DNA of 64,000 nt from an uncultured Veillonella sp. (GTDB lineage: Bacteria > Bacillota > Negativicutes > Veillonellales > Veillonellaceae), in the NCBI RefSeq assembly GCF_963534045.1, contig NZ_CAUSQT010000002.1, forward strand, positions 46,670-110,669. The letters run 5' to 3'. Within the stretch, counting starts at the first letter, position 1; the number at the start of each line of letters is the position of its first letter. The notes below the pieces were generated by a model. The model had not been told where the DNA came from, made no database searches, and was given only the letters and a program-made list of their open reading frames with translations. This document shows, piece after piece, positions 19,477 through 30,169 of this stretch. A program made the position numbers and the translations under genes.

Positions 19477-21846
19477 CTATTGCAAATCCTTAGGCACGCT
19501 GAGCGGTTTCCAGTTATCTAGCTCAGGAATGTCCAAGGTCGTAATGGTTCGTTGTATCCAGTAGTTCAAGGATACTTCGTTGCCAAAGTATTGTTCAAAT
19601 AGGTATGTATTACCTGGGATGTCCTTTTGCTTACCATGTTCGTCAACGATGTGGCGCATCGATTCCTTGAGGTATAGTTGCACTCTAAATGGGGTAGACC
19701 GCTTGCCTTTAAATATGAAATAGGATGGCCCAATGAAATCGTGAGTACGAACGTTGATTTGCTCGTAGCGATTGCTCTTGAGGCCCTCCAAGGATGCTTG
19801 TATCATGGCGTTGGCATCGTCATATTCTTCGAGTAAGAATGGCTCTTGATCGACGTCGAGCACATAGTGCCATGTCGGTTTTTCCTCGTCTGTTTCGATG
19901 GCCCATGCATCTGAAAGCTCCGGTAAACGGTGGCTTTCATATAGATCATGCCACAAATTGTGGGTGTCCTCTGCATTGAGCAGCGATTTATAGATAATCT
20001 CATGCCCTTCAGCTGGGTCGTAGCCGTAGAACCGCACCTGATAGGTGTTGCGCGGCATACGTTTTGTCTCTAGCTTATAGATATTCCGCAATTTGTCCGG
20101 AATGGTTAGGAAATGATTGTAAAAGCTAAGCATCACCGTATCTTGTGTAGATAGGGCATGGTCGATAGTTTCTAGGTCATATAATGTGGTATCCCACTGA
20201 AAGCCATTCATGTTGACAGCTAATCGAGCCGCGTTGTGAGGCCACGTGGTAGGGGCCGGGCGCACGGTCGTAGAGGATTCAGTAATGCCCTCTTTATAAT
20301 GCCAATGACCGTCTATCTTTTCGAAGGCTTCTAATCGTTCTGCCGCTTCGTCATCTACAGGAATATCCTTAATTTCTTCGCTGCGATTGGCGAGGTGTGA
20401 CACGATATATTGATGGGAGCTTTTATAATAATGAACCGCACTGTCGAGGTCCGGTGTTCCCGTCACATATCCTTTTTCATAGGCATAGCCCAAGGCAACG
20501 CGTGTAAGTGCGCGGGTAATATCATAGAAGAGAACGCGGTCCTCCTCTTGAAGCGCCCGTTTCTCCTCCTCTAACACGCGAGTCAAGGACTGAACGGCAA
20601 ATCGAATGTTCTTGGTCACACCGATGCCGTGAATGCGCATGTAACTGATATACGGCAAGGAGAACAGAAATCTATCCTTCGTCGCCGCCATATGCGTCAA
20701 ATCGGCGATGAGCCCCCAGTCGAGAGGGAGGCCGCCAATGTGAAAGATATAGTTAAATGCAGCCTGCAACGCGGCATAACCGGCATCATTAAAGTCCTTT
20801 GTGGCCGCTCGTTGATATAGTTCAGTCGCCTTGATTGGATCGTACGGAATGGCTGCACGCAACGCAGGTTGCTCGTAAAAATGATAGTAATAGTCCGCAA
20901 GTTCTGCGATACATTCTGGTTGGCCTAGGTCAGCACCCTTTGTAAACCATGTGAAAGCCTCTGTAAATTCGCCCTTTTCGTGATGGTCGAGGCCCGTATA
21001 AAGCATCATGGTTGGGTTGCCTAATTCAGCGGCCCTACGTGCCACACGGCGTGCATTGTCATAATCGCCTTCGTCGATATAAATATTGCGCAAGTTCCCC
21101 TGGAACATGGCGAGCCCTTGATCGAGGGCTTTGTTAAACCAGTGTTTCGCATGCTCGCGGGATTTTGCTTGTAGCGTTTCTTCGTCTACCATGCCGCGCA
21201 AGGTAGCGATACCTTCGCGTAAACTTTTGCTGCGCGTCGCTTGTTGTAATCGTTGACTAAAGCTAGCCTTTTCCGGACCTAATAATTGTTTAGCTTGGTT
21301 AATAACGTGGTAATCGCCCCAGAAAAATACATTGCCTATAATATATTGACAGTATGCATCGTCTTGCTTTGCGTAATCATAGATGATGCGGAATGCATCA
21401 TCAAAGGTCAACTGCATATCGCGCCTCACCGTAGGCGTAATCGACCCAGCAATGCGCAGTGCTTGTAATGTGCCAATCGGACTATTGTGGCGGATACTAT
21501 CATGCAAACATTGATAGGTACGCATATTATCCTCTGGAAAACCCGACTCGGCCCACGTAAATCGCGGACCAGCGTACACGCGTGCCAATAGGGCATACGC
21601 ATCGCCTAATTCACGTTCCTCAGGAGACAAAGCTTTATTGTAAACTTCCTCAGCATCCGATTCGCCCGTACTACCTTGCGATGTAGCCGTGTTGCGTAAC
21701 TCATGCTGAATTGGCTTTGTTACATTCGATTGATTATTAACAATTGACTCTAACATGCGCAGACCCTCTTGAGCGGACTGCGGATCATAAGACATAAAAA
21801 TTAAGTGGAAGACCCGTTGAAGGCGGTCTGTGAAATATTGAGCCAT
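19477..21846 (-). CDS. Sel1-like repeat protein
   Basis: A..WF.KA...G repeats; GGAGG RBS before ATG 21846. Confidence 0.75.
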   Translation of the reverse strand: MAQYFTDRLQRVFHLIFMSYDPQSAQEGLRMLESIVNNQSNVTKPIQHELRNTATSQGSTGESDAEEVYNKALSPEERELGDAYALLARVYAGPRFTWAESGFPEDNMRTYQCLHDSIRHNSPIGTLQALRIAGSITPTVRRDMQLTFDDAFRIIYDYAKQDDAYCQYIIGNVFFWGDYHVINQAKQLLGPEKASFSQRLQQATRSKSLREGIATLRGMVDEETLQAKSREHAKHWFNKALDQGLAMFQGNLRNIYIDEGDYDNARRVARRAAELGNPTMMLYTGLDHHEKGEFTEAFTWFTKGADLGQPECIAELADYYYHFYEQPALRAAIPYDPIKATELYQRAATKDFNDAGYAALQAAFNYIFHIGGLPLDWGLIADLTHMAATKDRFLFSLPYISYMRIHGIGVTKNIRFAVQSLTRVLEEEKRALQEEDRVLFYDITRALTRVALGYAYEKGYVTGTPDLDSAVHYYKSSHQYIVSHLANRSEEIKDIPVDDEAAERLEAFEKIDGHWHYKEGITESSTTVRPAPTTWPHNAARLAVNMNGFQWDTTLYDLETIDHALSTQDTVMLSFYNHFLTIPDKLRNIYKLETKRMPRNTYQVRFYGYDPAEGHEIIYKSLLNAEDTHNLWHDLYESHRLPELSDAWAIETDEEKPTWHYVLDVDQEPFLLEEYDDANAMIQASLEGLKSNRYEQINVRTHDFIGPSYFIFKGKRSTPFRVQLYLKESMRHIVDEHGKQKDIPGNTYLFEQYFGNEVSLNYWIQRTITTLDIPELDNWKPLSVPKDLQ

Positions 21847-21916
21847 AGGCCCTCCTTTCGTTTTTATACAATACACTACTATTATATACCGCGGTAGGAA
21901 ATGGTAGAAGAGGAAA

Positions 21917-22010
21917 AGAACCGATGGGCCCAAAAATCCTCCACCGGCCGGGTCTGATTCGCCCTACGGGCTCACAGGGCCAAAGTCGGATTTTGGGGCC
22001 CATCGGTTCT
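21917..22010 (+). repeat. Rod-hairpin repeat (core B)
   Basis: AGAACCGATGGGCCC..ATCC / GGAT..GGGCCCATCGGTTCT arms around CCACCGGCCGGGTCTG...CAGGGCCAAAGTCG. Confidence 0.85.
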
Positions 22011-22162
22011 ATCTCTCAACCCATAGCCGACACGCGGAATATAATAGTAGTGAAATTGGTAAAACCCGTTATTGCCAACCTAGCCGTTAGGAAGGAGGGC
22101 CTACGGCCTCTTTCTCCTACGTATAACGGAAAAATAATTTCTATTTACGATGATAGGATAGT

Positions 22163-22241
22163 AAAAAGAACCGGTTCTGAAAACGACTTCGGGCTCCGCG
22201 TAGCGCAGTAGCGTGTCGGCTTTCAGGACCGGTTCTTTTTT
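22163..22241 (-). repeat. Rod-hairpin repeat (core C), also terminator-like
   Basis: AAAAAGAACCGGT arms around GACACGCTACTGCGCTACGCGGAGCCCGAAGTC (minus strand). Confidence 0.8.
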
Positions 22242-22266
22242 CTAAACGTATGATACGTAATAGAAA

Positions 22267-23049
22267 TTATTTTTTGTTATAGTCACCAAACCATTTATCG
22301 TAAATTTTTTGGTATGTGCCGTCTTCTTTAAGTTCTTTAAGAGCTTTGTTAACAGCTTGTTGTAATTCTGTGTTGCCTTTTTTAACACCAAGTACTGTAC
22401 CAGGTGCTTTTGTAGGTTCGCCTACGAGTTTAAGGTCTTTGTCAGCACCTTGTTTTAGGTAGTACATAGCAACTGCGTTGTCGATGATTGCGCCATCGAT
22501 TGTACCAGCTTTCAATTCCATAAAGATATTGGCATTGGAGTCCATTTCTTTTACTGTTGTGTTAGGAATTTTTTTAGCCATGTCTGCAGGAACAGTACCG
22601 ATTTGAACGCCTACAGTTTTGCCAGCGAGTTCGTCCATGTTATGGATAGACGTGTTGTCTTTACGAACAACTGTGATGAAACCGCCTTGGTCAAAGTAAA
22701 CATCGGAGAAGTCCAATGCTTTTTCACGTTCAGGAGTAGCGTTGATACCGGCTGCGATCATGTCGATGTCGCCAGATTGAACTGCTGGAATCAAAGCGTC
22801 GAAGCCCATGGATTTGAATTCCATTTTTAGACCCAATTTTTTAGCGATTGCTTCGGACAAATCAACGTCGAAACCAACGTATTTATCGCCTTCAGTAAAT
22901 TCGAATGGTGGGAATGTAGTTTCAGAACCTACACGTAACACACCAGCCTCTTGTGTCATTTTGCTTTTTTCACTGCCACAACCAGCCAATAAACCCATAG
23001 CAGCAACAGCTACGAGTGCGATGGCTGTTAATTTTTTGAATTTAAACAT
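22267..23049 (-). CDS. Polar amino-acid ABC transporter substrate-binding lipoprotein
   Basis: Lipobox LAGC; FPPFEF, GFDVDL, FDALIPA, GVQIGT. Confidence 0.92.
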   Translation of the reverse strand: MFKFKKLTAIALVAVAAMGLLAGCGSEKSKMTQEAGVLRVGSETTFPPFEFTEGDKYVGFDVDLSEAIAKKLGLKMEFKSMGFDALIPAVQSGDIDMIAAGINATPEREKALDFSDVYFDQGGFITVVRKDNTSIHNMDELAGKTVGVQIGTVPADMAKKIPNTTVKEMDSNANIFMELKAGTIDGAIIDNAVAMYYLKQGADKDLKLVGEPTKAPGTVLGVKKGNTELQQAVNKALKELKEDGTYQKIYDKWFGDYNKK

Positions 23050-23220
23050 AGTATCCTCCTCAAACACGATACAAACATATTAATCTGTTTCTATTGTACG
23101 GAATTTTGAACCAATAGGCAATAACATTGTATAATTAAAGGTACGTAAACAAATTAAGTACACGAAATGTACCTTTTACTAAATAAGGTCGATTATTTAT
23201 ACACATATTTAGGAGGACCT

Positions 23221-24402
23221 ATGTCTCTTACTGAACAATTTTCCAGTGTTTGTGAAAGCTTCGCCCAAGAGGCTTTCACCATTAATTATACATTGGCGAA
23301 GAATCCTGAACTGTCTAGTCATGAATTTAAATCTGTTAAGACAATCGGTGCTGTTCTTGAAAAGCACGGCATCCCTGTGACCTATGAGTTCTGCAATTTG
23401 CCAACGGCGTTTAAGGCGTCTGCTGTGAAAGTAGATCATCCTAAAGGACGTTTGGTGATTTTATGTGAGTACGATGCGTTGCCAGATGTGGGCCATGCGT
23501 GCGGACACTGTGCTAGTGGTTCTATGAGCACGTTGGCAGCCCTTGCATTACATAAGATGCAGCAAGATGGCGTAGCTTTCAACATGGATATCGACATCAT
23601 CGGTACCCCTGATGAGGAAGCGATGGGCTGCAAGGTGGATATGTGTAATGCTGGCGTATTTAAGGACTATGATTTTGCCATTATGGTCCATCTCGATGGT
23701 GAAGAGACGCGTCCTAATTCACAGTTCTTGGCACTCGACTGTTTCCGCGCCAAGTACCATGGTAAATCAGCTCATGCAGCAGGTGAGCCGTGGAATGGAG
23801 TCAATGCGGTAAACGGCGTGCAACTTGCCATCCATGCCATGGATATGCTGCGCCAACAAGTGCGACCAGAGTCGCGCATAGGCACGTGGATCATTAACGG
23901 CGGTACCGCGTCCAACGTCATTCCTGCGACTGGCGAACTAGAAGTGACCGTTCGTCATACAGAACGGGAGTATTTGAACGGCTTATCCACGCAAATTAAA
24001 AAGATTTTTGAAGGTGCTGCCCTTTGTACTGGTACGACTGTAGACGTTGAGTTTTACGGGAATCCTTATGACGATATGAACCAAAACCATCGCGGCACAC
24101 ACCTCATCGAGGACGTGATGACCGATATGGGCCTTGATTTTGAACCAGGTCCAGCGGACCTTGGAGGCAGTTCCGATATCGGTAATGTTAGCTATCAATG
24201 TGCCGCATTCCATCCTAAATTGCGCTTGGCTGGCCCAGATAAGGTGTGCCATTCCAAAGAATTTGCGGATGCCATGCTCGAACCAACCATTGAACAAACA
24301 ATTGTGGACGGTGCCAATATTATTGGCCGTACATTGTTGAACTTGGTTGAAAATCCAGATATTTTACAAGAGATTGTAGCCGAATTTAATGCAACTAAAT
24401 AA
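23221..24402 (+). CDS. M20-family amidohydrolase
   Basis: PELS.HE, EYDALP..GHACGH, GTPDEE, GSSDIGNVS. Confidence 0.9.
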   Translation: MSLTEQFSSVCESFAQEAFTINYTLAKNPELSSHEFKSVKTIGAVLEKHGIPVTYEFCNLPTAFKASAVKVDHPKGRLVILCEYDALPDVGHACGHCASGSMSTLAALALHKMQQDGVAFNMDIDIIGTPDEEAMGCKVDMCNAGVFKDYDFAIMVHLDGEETRPNSQFLALDCFRAKYHGKSAHAAGEPWNGVNAVNGVQLAIHAMDMLRQQVRPESRIGTWIINGGTASNVIPATGELEVTVRHTEREYLNGLSTQIKKIFEGAALCTGTTVDVEFYGNPYDDMNQNHRGTHLIEDVMTDMGLDFEPGPADLGGSSDIGNVSYQCAAFHPKLRLAGPDKVCHSKEFADAMLEPTIEQTIVDGANIIGRTLLNLVENPDILQEIVAEFNATK

Positions 24403-24721
24403 AGTATTTTCTATATCTATCAGGATGGCTGTAATATCTTAGATAGAATTCATTGTCTCTTTCAGATTTACTGATAATAGATGATAATGGCACATTGCCA
24501 TTTATAAAACTTTGAATTTTGGTAAAATAGGTTCCTACTTCAACATCGTGGTGATAGAGTGCCCATACCACGTTATTTCCAGCGATGACAGGAATGTATT
24601 TAAACTCAAGAAATTCAAATAAACCAGTTATAGTTATATCATCGGGTACGGTAAATTCTTCGCGATGATGACTCATATCATCGGCCGCACAAACGGCATC
24701 TCGATCGATTATTATACGCAT
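24395..24721 (-). CDS. Hypothetical protein
   Basis: 108 aa, AAAGGA RBS, RDAVCAADD N-terminal motif. Confidence 0.65.
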   Translation of the reverse strand: MRIIIDRDAVCAADDMSHHREEFTVPDDITITGLFEFLEFKYIPVIAGNNVVWALYHHDVEVGTYFTKIQSFINGNVPLSSIISKSERDNEFYLRYYSHPDRYRKYFI

Positions 24722-24816
24722 ATGATTTCACATCCTTTGAACCGATAATTCTATAAATTTATATGCTTATCCTTATTGTACATCAACTAAATTTATATTG
24801 TATTAAAGGAGGTTTC

Positions 24817-25761
24817 ATGTCCTCATCTAAATCGTTAGACATTAAAAATTATATAGGCCTTACTGGTGATACACCAATTCGATTCATTGCATCCGACGTG
24901 GATGGCACATTGGTGAATGATGCGAAATCTGTGGACCCTGAGGTGGTGGCTGCTGTCCGCGCTGCTCGTGAAAGCGGTATCCGCGTGGCTATTGCGTCGG
25001 GCCGTGCGTGGCATGAGATGGACGATGTCATCGAGGCCATGCCGTGCTTGCGATACTTTGTGTGCACCAATGGCGCCTATGTCATGGATAAAGAAGAGCA
25101 AAAGGAACTCGTTCACATTACTCTTGATAAAACTCGCGCCGTAGATTTAGTGCGAAAACTAATGACCTACGGTGTGTTTGTAGAGGCTTATGTGAAAGCC
25201 GAGATTTTCGGTCAATATCCTGTTGTTGGTAATGAGATAGCGCAAGCAGAACATTTCTTTAGACCGAATATTAGACCTTTCATTTTAAAAACACGCACCA
25301 TGGTGCCCGATTTAATAGCCCATTTAGAATCGTTACCAGAAGGACCGGAGAAAATCCAAATCTTTTACGGCGATGAGCGTATACGCGAACGCATCCTAGC
25401 TGATTTGCGGGATGAGTTCCAAGGTGCAGCTATAGATGGCAAAGGGCGCGAACGCTTTTATGATGTTCTTGAATCGAGTGAAGGCAATTTAGAATTTGTG
25501 TTACCTCATACGACAAAAGGCACGGCTGTAGAGGCCTTGGCGAACCATTGGGGCTATACACCTGACGAGGTGATGACCATTGGCGACAGCGAAAATGATC
25601 TATCCATGATTCGATTTGCCAGTGCTAGCGTGGCTATGGGTAATGCACGAGACAATGTGAAAGCTGCCGCCCGTTATGCGACAACGGATAATAATCACTA
25701 TGGCGTAGCTCGTGCACTATATTCTGCTATTGCACATAATCGTGAATTAGAAACTAAATAG
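24817..25761 (+). CDS. Cof-type HAD phosphatase
   Basis: SDVDGTL, ASGR, TKG, IGDSENDLSM. Confidence 0.93.
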   Translation: MSSSKSLDIKNYIGLTGDTPIRFIASDVDGTLVNDAKSVDPEVVAAVRAARESGIRVAIASGRAWHEMDDVIEAMPCLRYFVCTNGAYVMDKEEQKELVHITLDKTRAVDLVRKLMTYGVFVEAYVKAEIFGQYPVVGNEIAQAEHFFRPNIRPFILKTRTMVPDLIAHLESLPEGPEKIQIFYGDERIRERILADLRDEFQGAAIDGKGRERFYDVLESSEGNLEFVLPHTTKGTAVEALANHWGYTPDEVMTIGDSENDLSMIRFASASVAMGNARDNVKAAARYATTDNNHYGVARALYSAIAHNRELETK

Positions 25762-25821
25762 AAATAAAATTTGATAGCGAGTTGATGATAATCCCCATAA
25801 TTGATAGAGAGGTGATGTAGT

Positions 25822-26013
25822 ATGGGCAATCTAAAATTTGATATAGACGATACCTGCGTTAAATGCGGTGCCTGTGCTGAGGATTGCCCTGTACAATGCA
25901 TCACCGAAGGAACCACAAAATTTATTATTGGTAGCGGCTGCATAAGTTGTGGTGATTGTTATTCAATTTGTCCTGTTGGAGCCGTACAAATGCATAAGAA
26001 ATCCGAACGTTAA
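25822..26013 (+). CDS. 2x[4Fe-4S] ferredoxin
   Basis: Two CxxCxxCxxxCP motifs. Confidence 0.92.
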   Translation: MGNLKFDIDDTCVKCGACAEDCPVQCITEGTTKFIIGSGCISCGDCYSICPVGAVQMHKKSER

Positions 26014-26187
26014 AAAGTAATTCATAACTTTCATACGGAATATATGGAGTCCATATACTTCGTATGGTATAATAAAATGTAATGAAATTTAGCGTTTTGC
26101 TTGTTAAAACGCACCCCCAGTACAGGAATGTATGGACATTATAAATTGGTGAATATACTTTCACAAATAGATGCATACGGAGGAACT

Positions 26188-27723
26188 ATGGAAAACAAGG
26201 AATTTGTTATTGTTGTCGATTTCGGCGGTCAATATAATCAGTTGATTGCACGCCGCGTTCGTGAAAATCATGTATACTGCGAAGTATATCCATACAACAA
26301 AGCATTAGAAAAAATTAAGGAATTGAAGCCACAAGGTATCATCTTCACTGGTGGTCCTAACAGTGTGTACGAAGAGAATTCCCCTAAAATTGAAAAGGAA
26401 ATCTTTGAACTTGGCATTCCAGTTCTTGGCATGTGCTATGGTATGCAATTTATGGCGCATACATTGGGTGGCGAAGTTAAATCTGCTGATAACCGTGAGT
26501 TTGGTAAAACACCTACTAAAGTGGACACTACATCCCCATTGTTCAAAGGCTTGGACGAAGACCAAGTTGTTTGGATGTCCCACGTTGACTATGTAGCAAA
26601 AGTTCCTGAAGGGTTCGAAATTATTGCGCATACAAAAGACTGCCCTGTTGCATCTATGCAAAATAAAGAACGCAAATTATACGCTATGCAATATCATGCA
26701 GAAGTATTGCACACTGAACATGGTAAAGAAATGCTTCACAACTTCTTGTATGAAGTATGTGGTTTCACAGGCACATGGACAATGGCAAACTATGCAAAAA
26801 CTGCTATTGAAGAAATCCGTAACACTGTAGGCGATGGGAAAGTATTGTTAGCATTGTCTGGCGGTGTAGATAGCTCCGTTGCAGCAGCTCTTATTTCTAA
26901 AGCTGTTGGTGACCAATTGACTTGTATCTTCGTTGACCATGGTTTAATGCGTAAGAACGAAGGCGACGAAGTTGAAGCAGCTTTCAAAGATTCTGGCATG
27001 CATTTCATCCGCGTCGATGCAGAAAAACGTTTCTTAGATAAATTGGCTGGTCTTGAAGATCCAGAAGCTAAACGTAAAGCTATCGGCGAAGAATTCATCC
27101 GCGTATTCGAAGATGAAGGCCGTAAAATCGGCTCCGTTGACTTCTTGGCGCAAGGTACCATCTACCCTGACGTTATCGAGTCCGGTACTGGCGAAGCAGA
27201 AGTTATCAAATCTCACCACAACGTAGGCGGCTTACCTGCAGTGGTAGACTTCAAAGGCCTTATTGAACCATTGCGCAACCTCTTCAAAGACGAAGTGCGT
27301 GAACTTGGTTCTGAATTAGGCTTGGCTGACTACCTCGTATGGCGTCAACCATTCCCAGGTCCTGGTCTTGCTATCCGTGTAATGGGCGAAATCACGAAAG
27401 ACAAACTCGACATCTTGCGTGATGCGGACTACATCTTCCGTGACGAAATTGCAAAAGCTGGCCTTGATCGCAGCATCAACCAATACTTTGCAGTATTAAC
27501 ATCTACACGTACTGTAGGCGTTATGGGTGACTTCCGTACATACGATTACACATTGGCATTGCGTGGCGTAACAACAACAGACTTCATGACTGCTGACTGG
27601 GCACGCATCCCTTACGACGTATTGGACACAATCTCCCGTCGTATCGTAAACGAAGTACAACACATCAACCGTATCGTGTACGATATTACATCTAAACCAC
27701 CTGCTACAATTGAGTGGGAATAA
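26188..27723 (+). CDS. guaA: GMP synthase (glutamine-hydrolysing)
   Basis: [38 protein letters not shown]. Confidence 0.98.
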   Translation: MENKEFVIVVDFGGQYNQLIARRVRENHVYCEVYPYNKALEKIKELKPQGIIFTGGPNSVYEENSPKIEKEIFELGIPVLGMCYGMQFMAHTLGGEVKSADNREFGKTPTKVDTTSPLFKGLDEDQVVWMSHVDYVAKVPEGFEIIAHTKDCPVASMQNKERKLYAMQYHAEVLHTEHGKEMLHNFLYEVCGFTGTWTMANYAKTAIEEIRNTVGDGKVLLALSGGVDSSVAAALISKAVGDQLTCIFVDHGLMRKNEGDEVEAAFKDSGMHFIRVDAEKRFLDKLAGLEDPEAKRKAIGEEFIRVFEDEGRKIGSVDFLAQGTIYPDVIESGTGEAEVIKSHHNVGGLPAVVDFKGLIEPLRNLFKDEVRELGSELGLADYLVWRQPFPGPGLAIRVMGEITKDKLDILRDADYIFRDEIAKAGLDRSINQYFAVLTSTRTVGVMGDFRTYDYTLALRGVTTTDFMTADWARIPYDVLDTISRRIVNEVQHINRIVYDITSKPPATIEWE

Positions 27724-27736
27724 AATATCTTATAAT

Positions 27737-27769
27737 AAAAGGCTATAAACTTGGGTTTATAGCCTTTTT
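27737..27769 (+). terminator. guaA terminator
   Basis: AAAAGGCTATAAAC-TTGG-GTTTATAGCCTTTTT. Confidence 0.8.
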
Positions 27770-27949
27770 GAAAATATAATAGAAAAAAATAAGTTATTTT
27801 GGAAGATTGTATCAGTAAGCGTTTTCTTCCATGTTTATGAAGTAATGTTTAAACACTAGAATCTCGAGTAGTGTTGATATACTTTATTGCTAAATTTTAT
27901 TATACAACACTCTTATTAGTTTTTTATTATAAATAGTGAGTCGTGACAT

Positions 27950-29392
27950 ATGTATGATTTAAAGAAAATAATAGAAAAAGAAGGGCCCAAACTTTCAAGC
28001 GAGTTAATAGAGTTAATTGTAGAAAATGATAAGGTGAGCAAAGATACTGCACGTAAACGTTTATCTAGATTAAAGGACCCAATAAGTAAAATAAAAGGGT
28101 TGTTTTCAGATAATCAAATCTTTTTTTATCATAAAAAAATTTATAAAAAACCTGAATTTTATGATGCCTTAATTGAAGCATTTGAATTATCGGGTAAAAA
28201 ATATTTTGCAATAATTAACTCTGTTCAATATCATTATGGTTTTATTAATAAAGATAGATTGGCAGCTTTTTCATTTAGTCCAATCAAGGATTTAAAGGGG
28301 CATAAGCGGATCGATACTATGATAAGAGAATTAATTGATTTAGAAGTGATTTGTGAAGATGGAACGAACTATAAGCTTAATTCTAAAATATGCTCAAAAG
28401 AAAATTATCAACATTCTAAATCATTAGAAATAGTTGAGGATTTTCTTATTAATCAATTTAATGATTGGGCTAGAGGTATAGGATTAACATCCTACGGCTC
28501 AGCAAAATATTATTACGAATTTGGAAAATTTTCATGGGCTTATGTATCGCCTTCATATGTATCAACACTTGTAAAATATAATAAAGGAAAGCTAGTCCCT
28601 GCATTTGTTGTAGCAGATTTTTTAATTGGTAATAAAAAGAATGAAGTTGATATTGATTTTTTCTTAAAGAAAATTGAAGTATTAAGAAGTATTACAACAA
28701 TGCCCACATTTCTCCCTTTTTTTGTTACGGACTACTTAGATTTGAATATATTTAAAAAGTTAAAGGAAAGAGGGGTTATTATTGCATTAGTTGATAGGAT
28801 GTTCGGTCGTGGTTATAAAGAATTAATAGAGGCTTTGATAAATTCTATTACTAATGCGGGCGCTATTTTGAAGAATGACCCTGAAGCCTATTTAAAGCTT
28901 ATAGATTCAATAAATAAATTGGCTATTGGGAAAACTAACAATTTAAAAGGAGATCTGTTTGAGTTAGCGGTAGGATATTATCATGGTCAAAAATGTAAGG
29001 GCTTAAATGTTGGGAAAATTATTAATTTTCAAGGTGAACAGAGGGAAATCGATGTTTTAGCCGTATATGAGAGCAAGATTATAATTGCGGAATGCAAAGG
29101 ATATAAAAGTAAAATAAGTAAAGAAGAAATAGAAAAATGGGTAAGTGAAAAAATAAATTTAATAAGGCAATGGCTAAATTCTATTGATGTTTATGCTCAG
29201 AAAGAGTTTGTTTTTGAACACTGGTCTACAGGTGGGTATACAGATGAAGCTATTGAATATATATGTAAATTACAACCTAAAAAATACAAATTAGACTTTA
29301 TTGACTCTGAAAAAATGTTGGAAAAATCAAAAGAGATTGAATCAAAGAAGTTTAAACAAATATTGAAAGAATATTATATGACTGCATTATAA
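27950..29392 (+). CDS. Putative PD-(D/E)xK (Mrr-like) nuclease; candidate defence protein
   Basis: C-terminal KGDLFE...REIDVLA...IIIAECKG; very AT-rich compared with guaA. Confidence 0.7.
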   Translation: MYDLKKIIEKEGPKLSSELIELIVENDKVSKDTARKRLSRLKDPISKIKGLFSDNQIFFYHKKIYKKPEFYDALIEAFELSGKKYFAIINSVQYHYGFINKDRLAAFSFSPIKDLKGHKRIDTMIRELIDLEVICEDGTNYKLNSKICSKENYQHSKSLEIVEDFLINQFNDWARGIGLTSYGSAKYYYEFGKFSWAYVSPSYVSTLVKYNKGKLVPAFVVADFLIGNKKNEVDIDFFLKKIEVLRSITTMPTFLPFFVTDYLDLNIFKKLKERGVIIALVDRMFGRGYKELIEALINSITNAGAILKNDPEAYLKLIDSINKLAIGKTNNLKGDLFELAVGYYHGQKCKGLNVGKIINFQGEQREIDVLAVYESKIIIAECKGYKSKISKEEIEKWVSEKINLIRQWLNSIDVYAQKEFVFEHWSTGGYTDEAIEYICKLQPKKYKLDFIDSEKMLEKSKEIESKKFKQILKEYYMTAL

Positions 29393-29629
29393 GATAGAGA
29401 TTCTTGTATTAGTACGTTACAAATTTGCTTTGAATTTTTATTAAAAGATAATAATTTTTGTTTTGCGCTTAATACTACAAATAGAATATTAAAGAAAGGT
29501 TTTGTTAGTAAGTATGGAGATAAAACTTAGTGGGAAATGATAACGTTTATAGTTTTAAAATCTATTGATACTGTTTAGTAGGTTAAGTAGTTTATGTAGT
29601 TTATGTTAATAGGACTAGTTGAGTAATGA

Positions 29630-29810
29630 TGAGTAGCTTGGGATTAACTTTATTGATGGTGAAGATGTTATCTTTGATAAGCTAATACAAGCCAATGCGT
29701 TGCAGTAAATGCAGGTATAGATTATTCTACTTTATAAGTTGGTACAGAGTTCCTTATCATGGAAGGCAGTACTATTGTTGGAGAGGGCCTTGTAAAAGAA
29801 TTTTTCAACA
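29630..29810 (+). pseudogene. Degenerate fragment of a small hypothetical gene
   Basis: Reads LGINFIDGEDVIFDKLIQANA / NAGIDYSTL*VGTEFLIMEGSTIVGEGLVKE across a frameshift and an in-frame stop; boundaries approximate. Confidence 0.45.
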
Positions 29811-29833
29811 TGAACCAATGGGAGAAAATAATC

Positions 29834-30133
29834 ATGGGCTATAAAAATGTATGTACTAACTGCCGAATCTCCTTATCGGAGGGTACGAATTATGAGTTAT
29901 TTGATACAAATAAAACCTGTCCTATATGTAAAGGTAAAATGTACTTTGTAAATGAGAAGTTCAAAGCTCCTAAAAAATCTAATGATAAAGAGTGGAAAAT
30001 CATAGAGTATTTGTTATTGAGTGGCTATGATTTTAGAAATCCTATTTATGGAACTGAGAGATATATGTATTTCGAGTTTCCAAAGAACTTACAAGAGGCT
30101 GAGGCATTCGTGCGTGAGATGAGAAAATTATAG
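29834..30133 (+). CDS. Small zinc-ribbon protein
   Basis: CTNC...CPIC, FKAPKK..W; GGAG RBS before ATG 29834. Confidence 0.7.
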   Translation: MGYKNVCTNCRISLSEGTNYELFDTNKTCPICKGKMYFVNEKFKAPKKSNDKEWKIIEYLLLSGYDFRNPIYGTERYMYFEFPKNLQEAEAFVREMRKL

Positions 30134-30169
30134 TAATATTGAAAGTATCCTATATGAGAAAGGAATTAG

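Noticed and set aside
21924..22211. 95-aa ORF and the overlapping 21785-22003 ORF
   Set aside because: Both run through GC-rich hairpin repeats with no RBS; they also explain the false N-terminal extension of the Sel1 gene.
26014..26187. Purine riboswitch upstream of guaA
   Set aside because: Only a simple hairpin (26032-26066) is visible; no aptamer core recognised.
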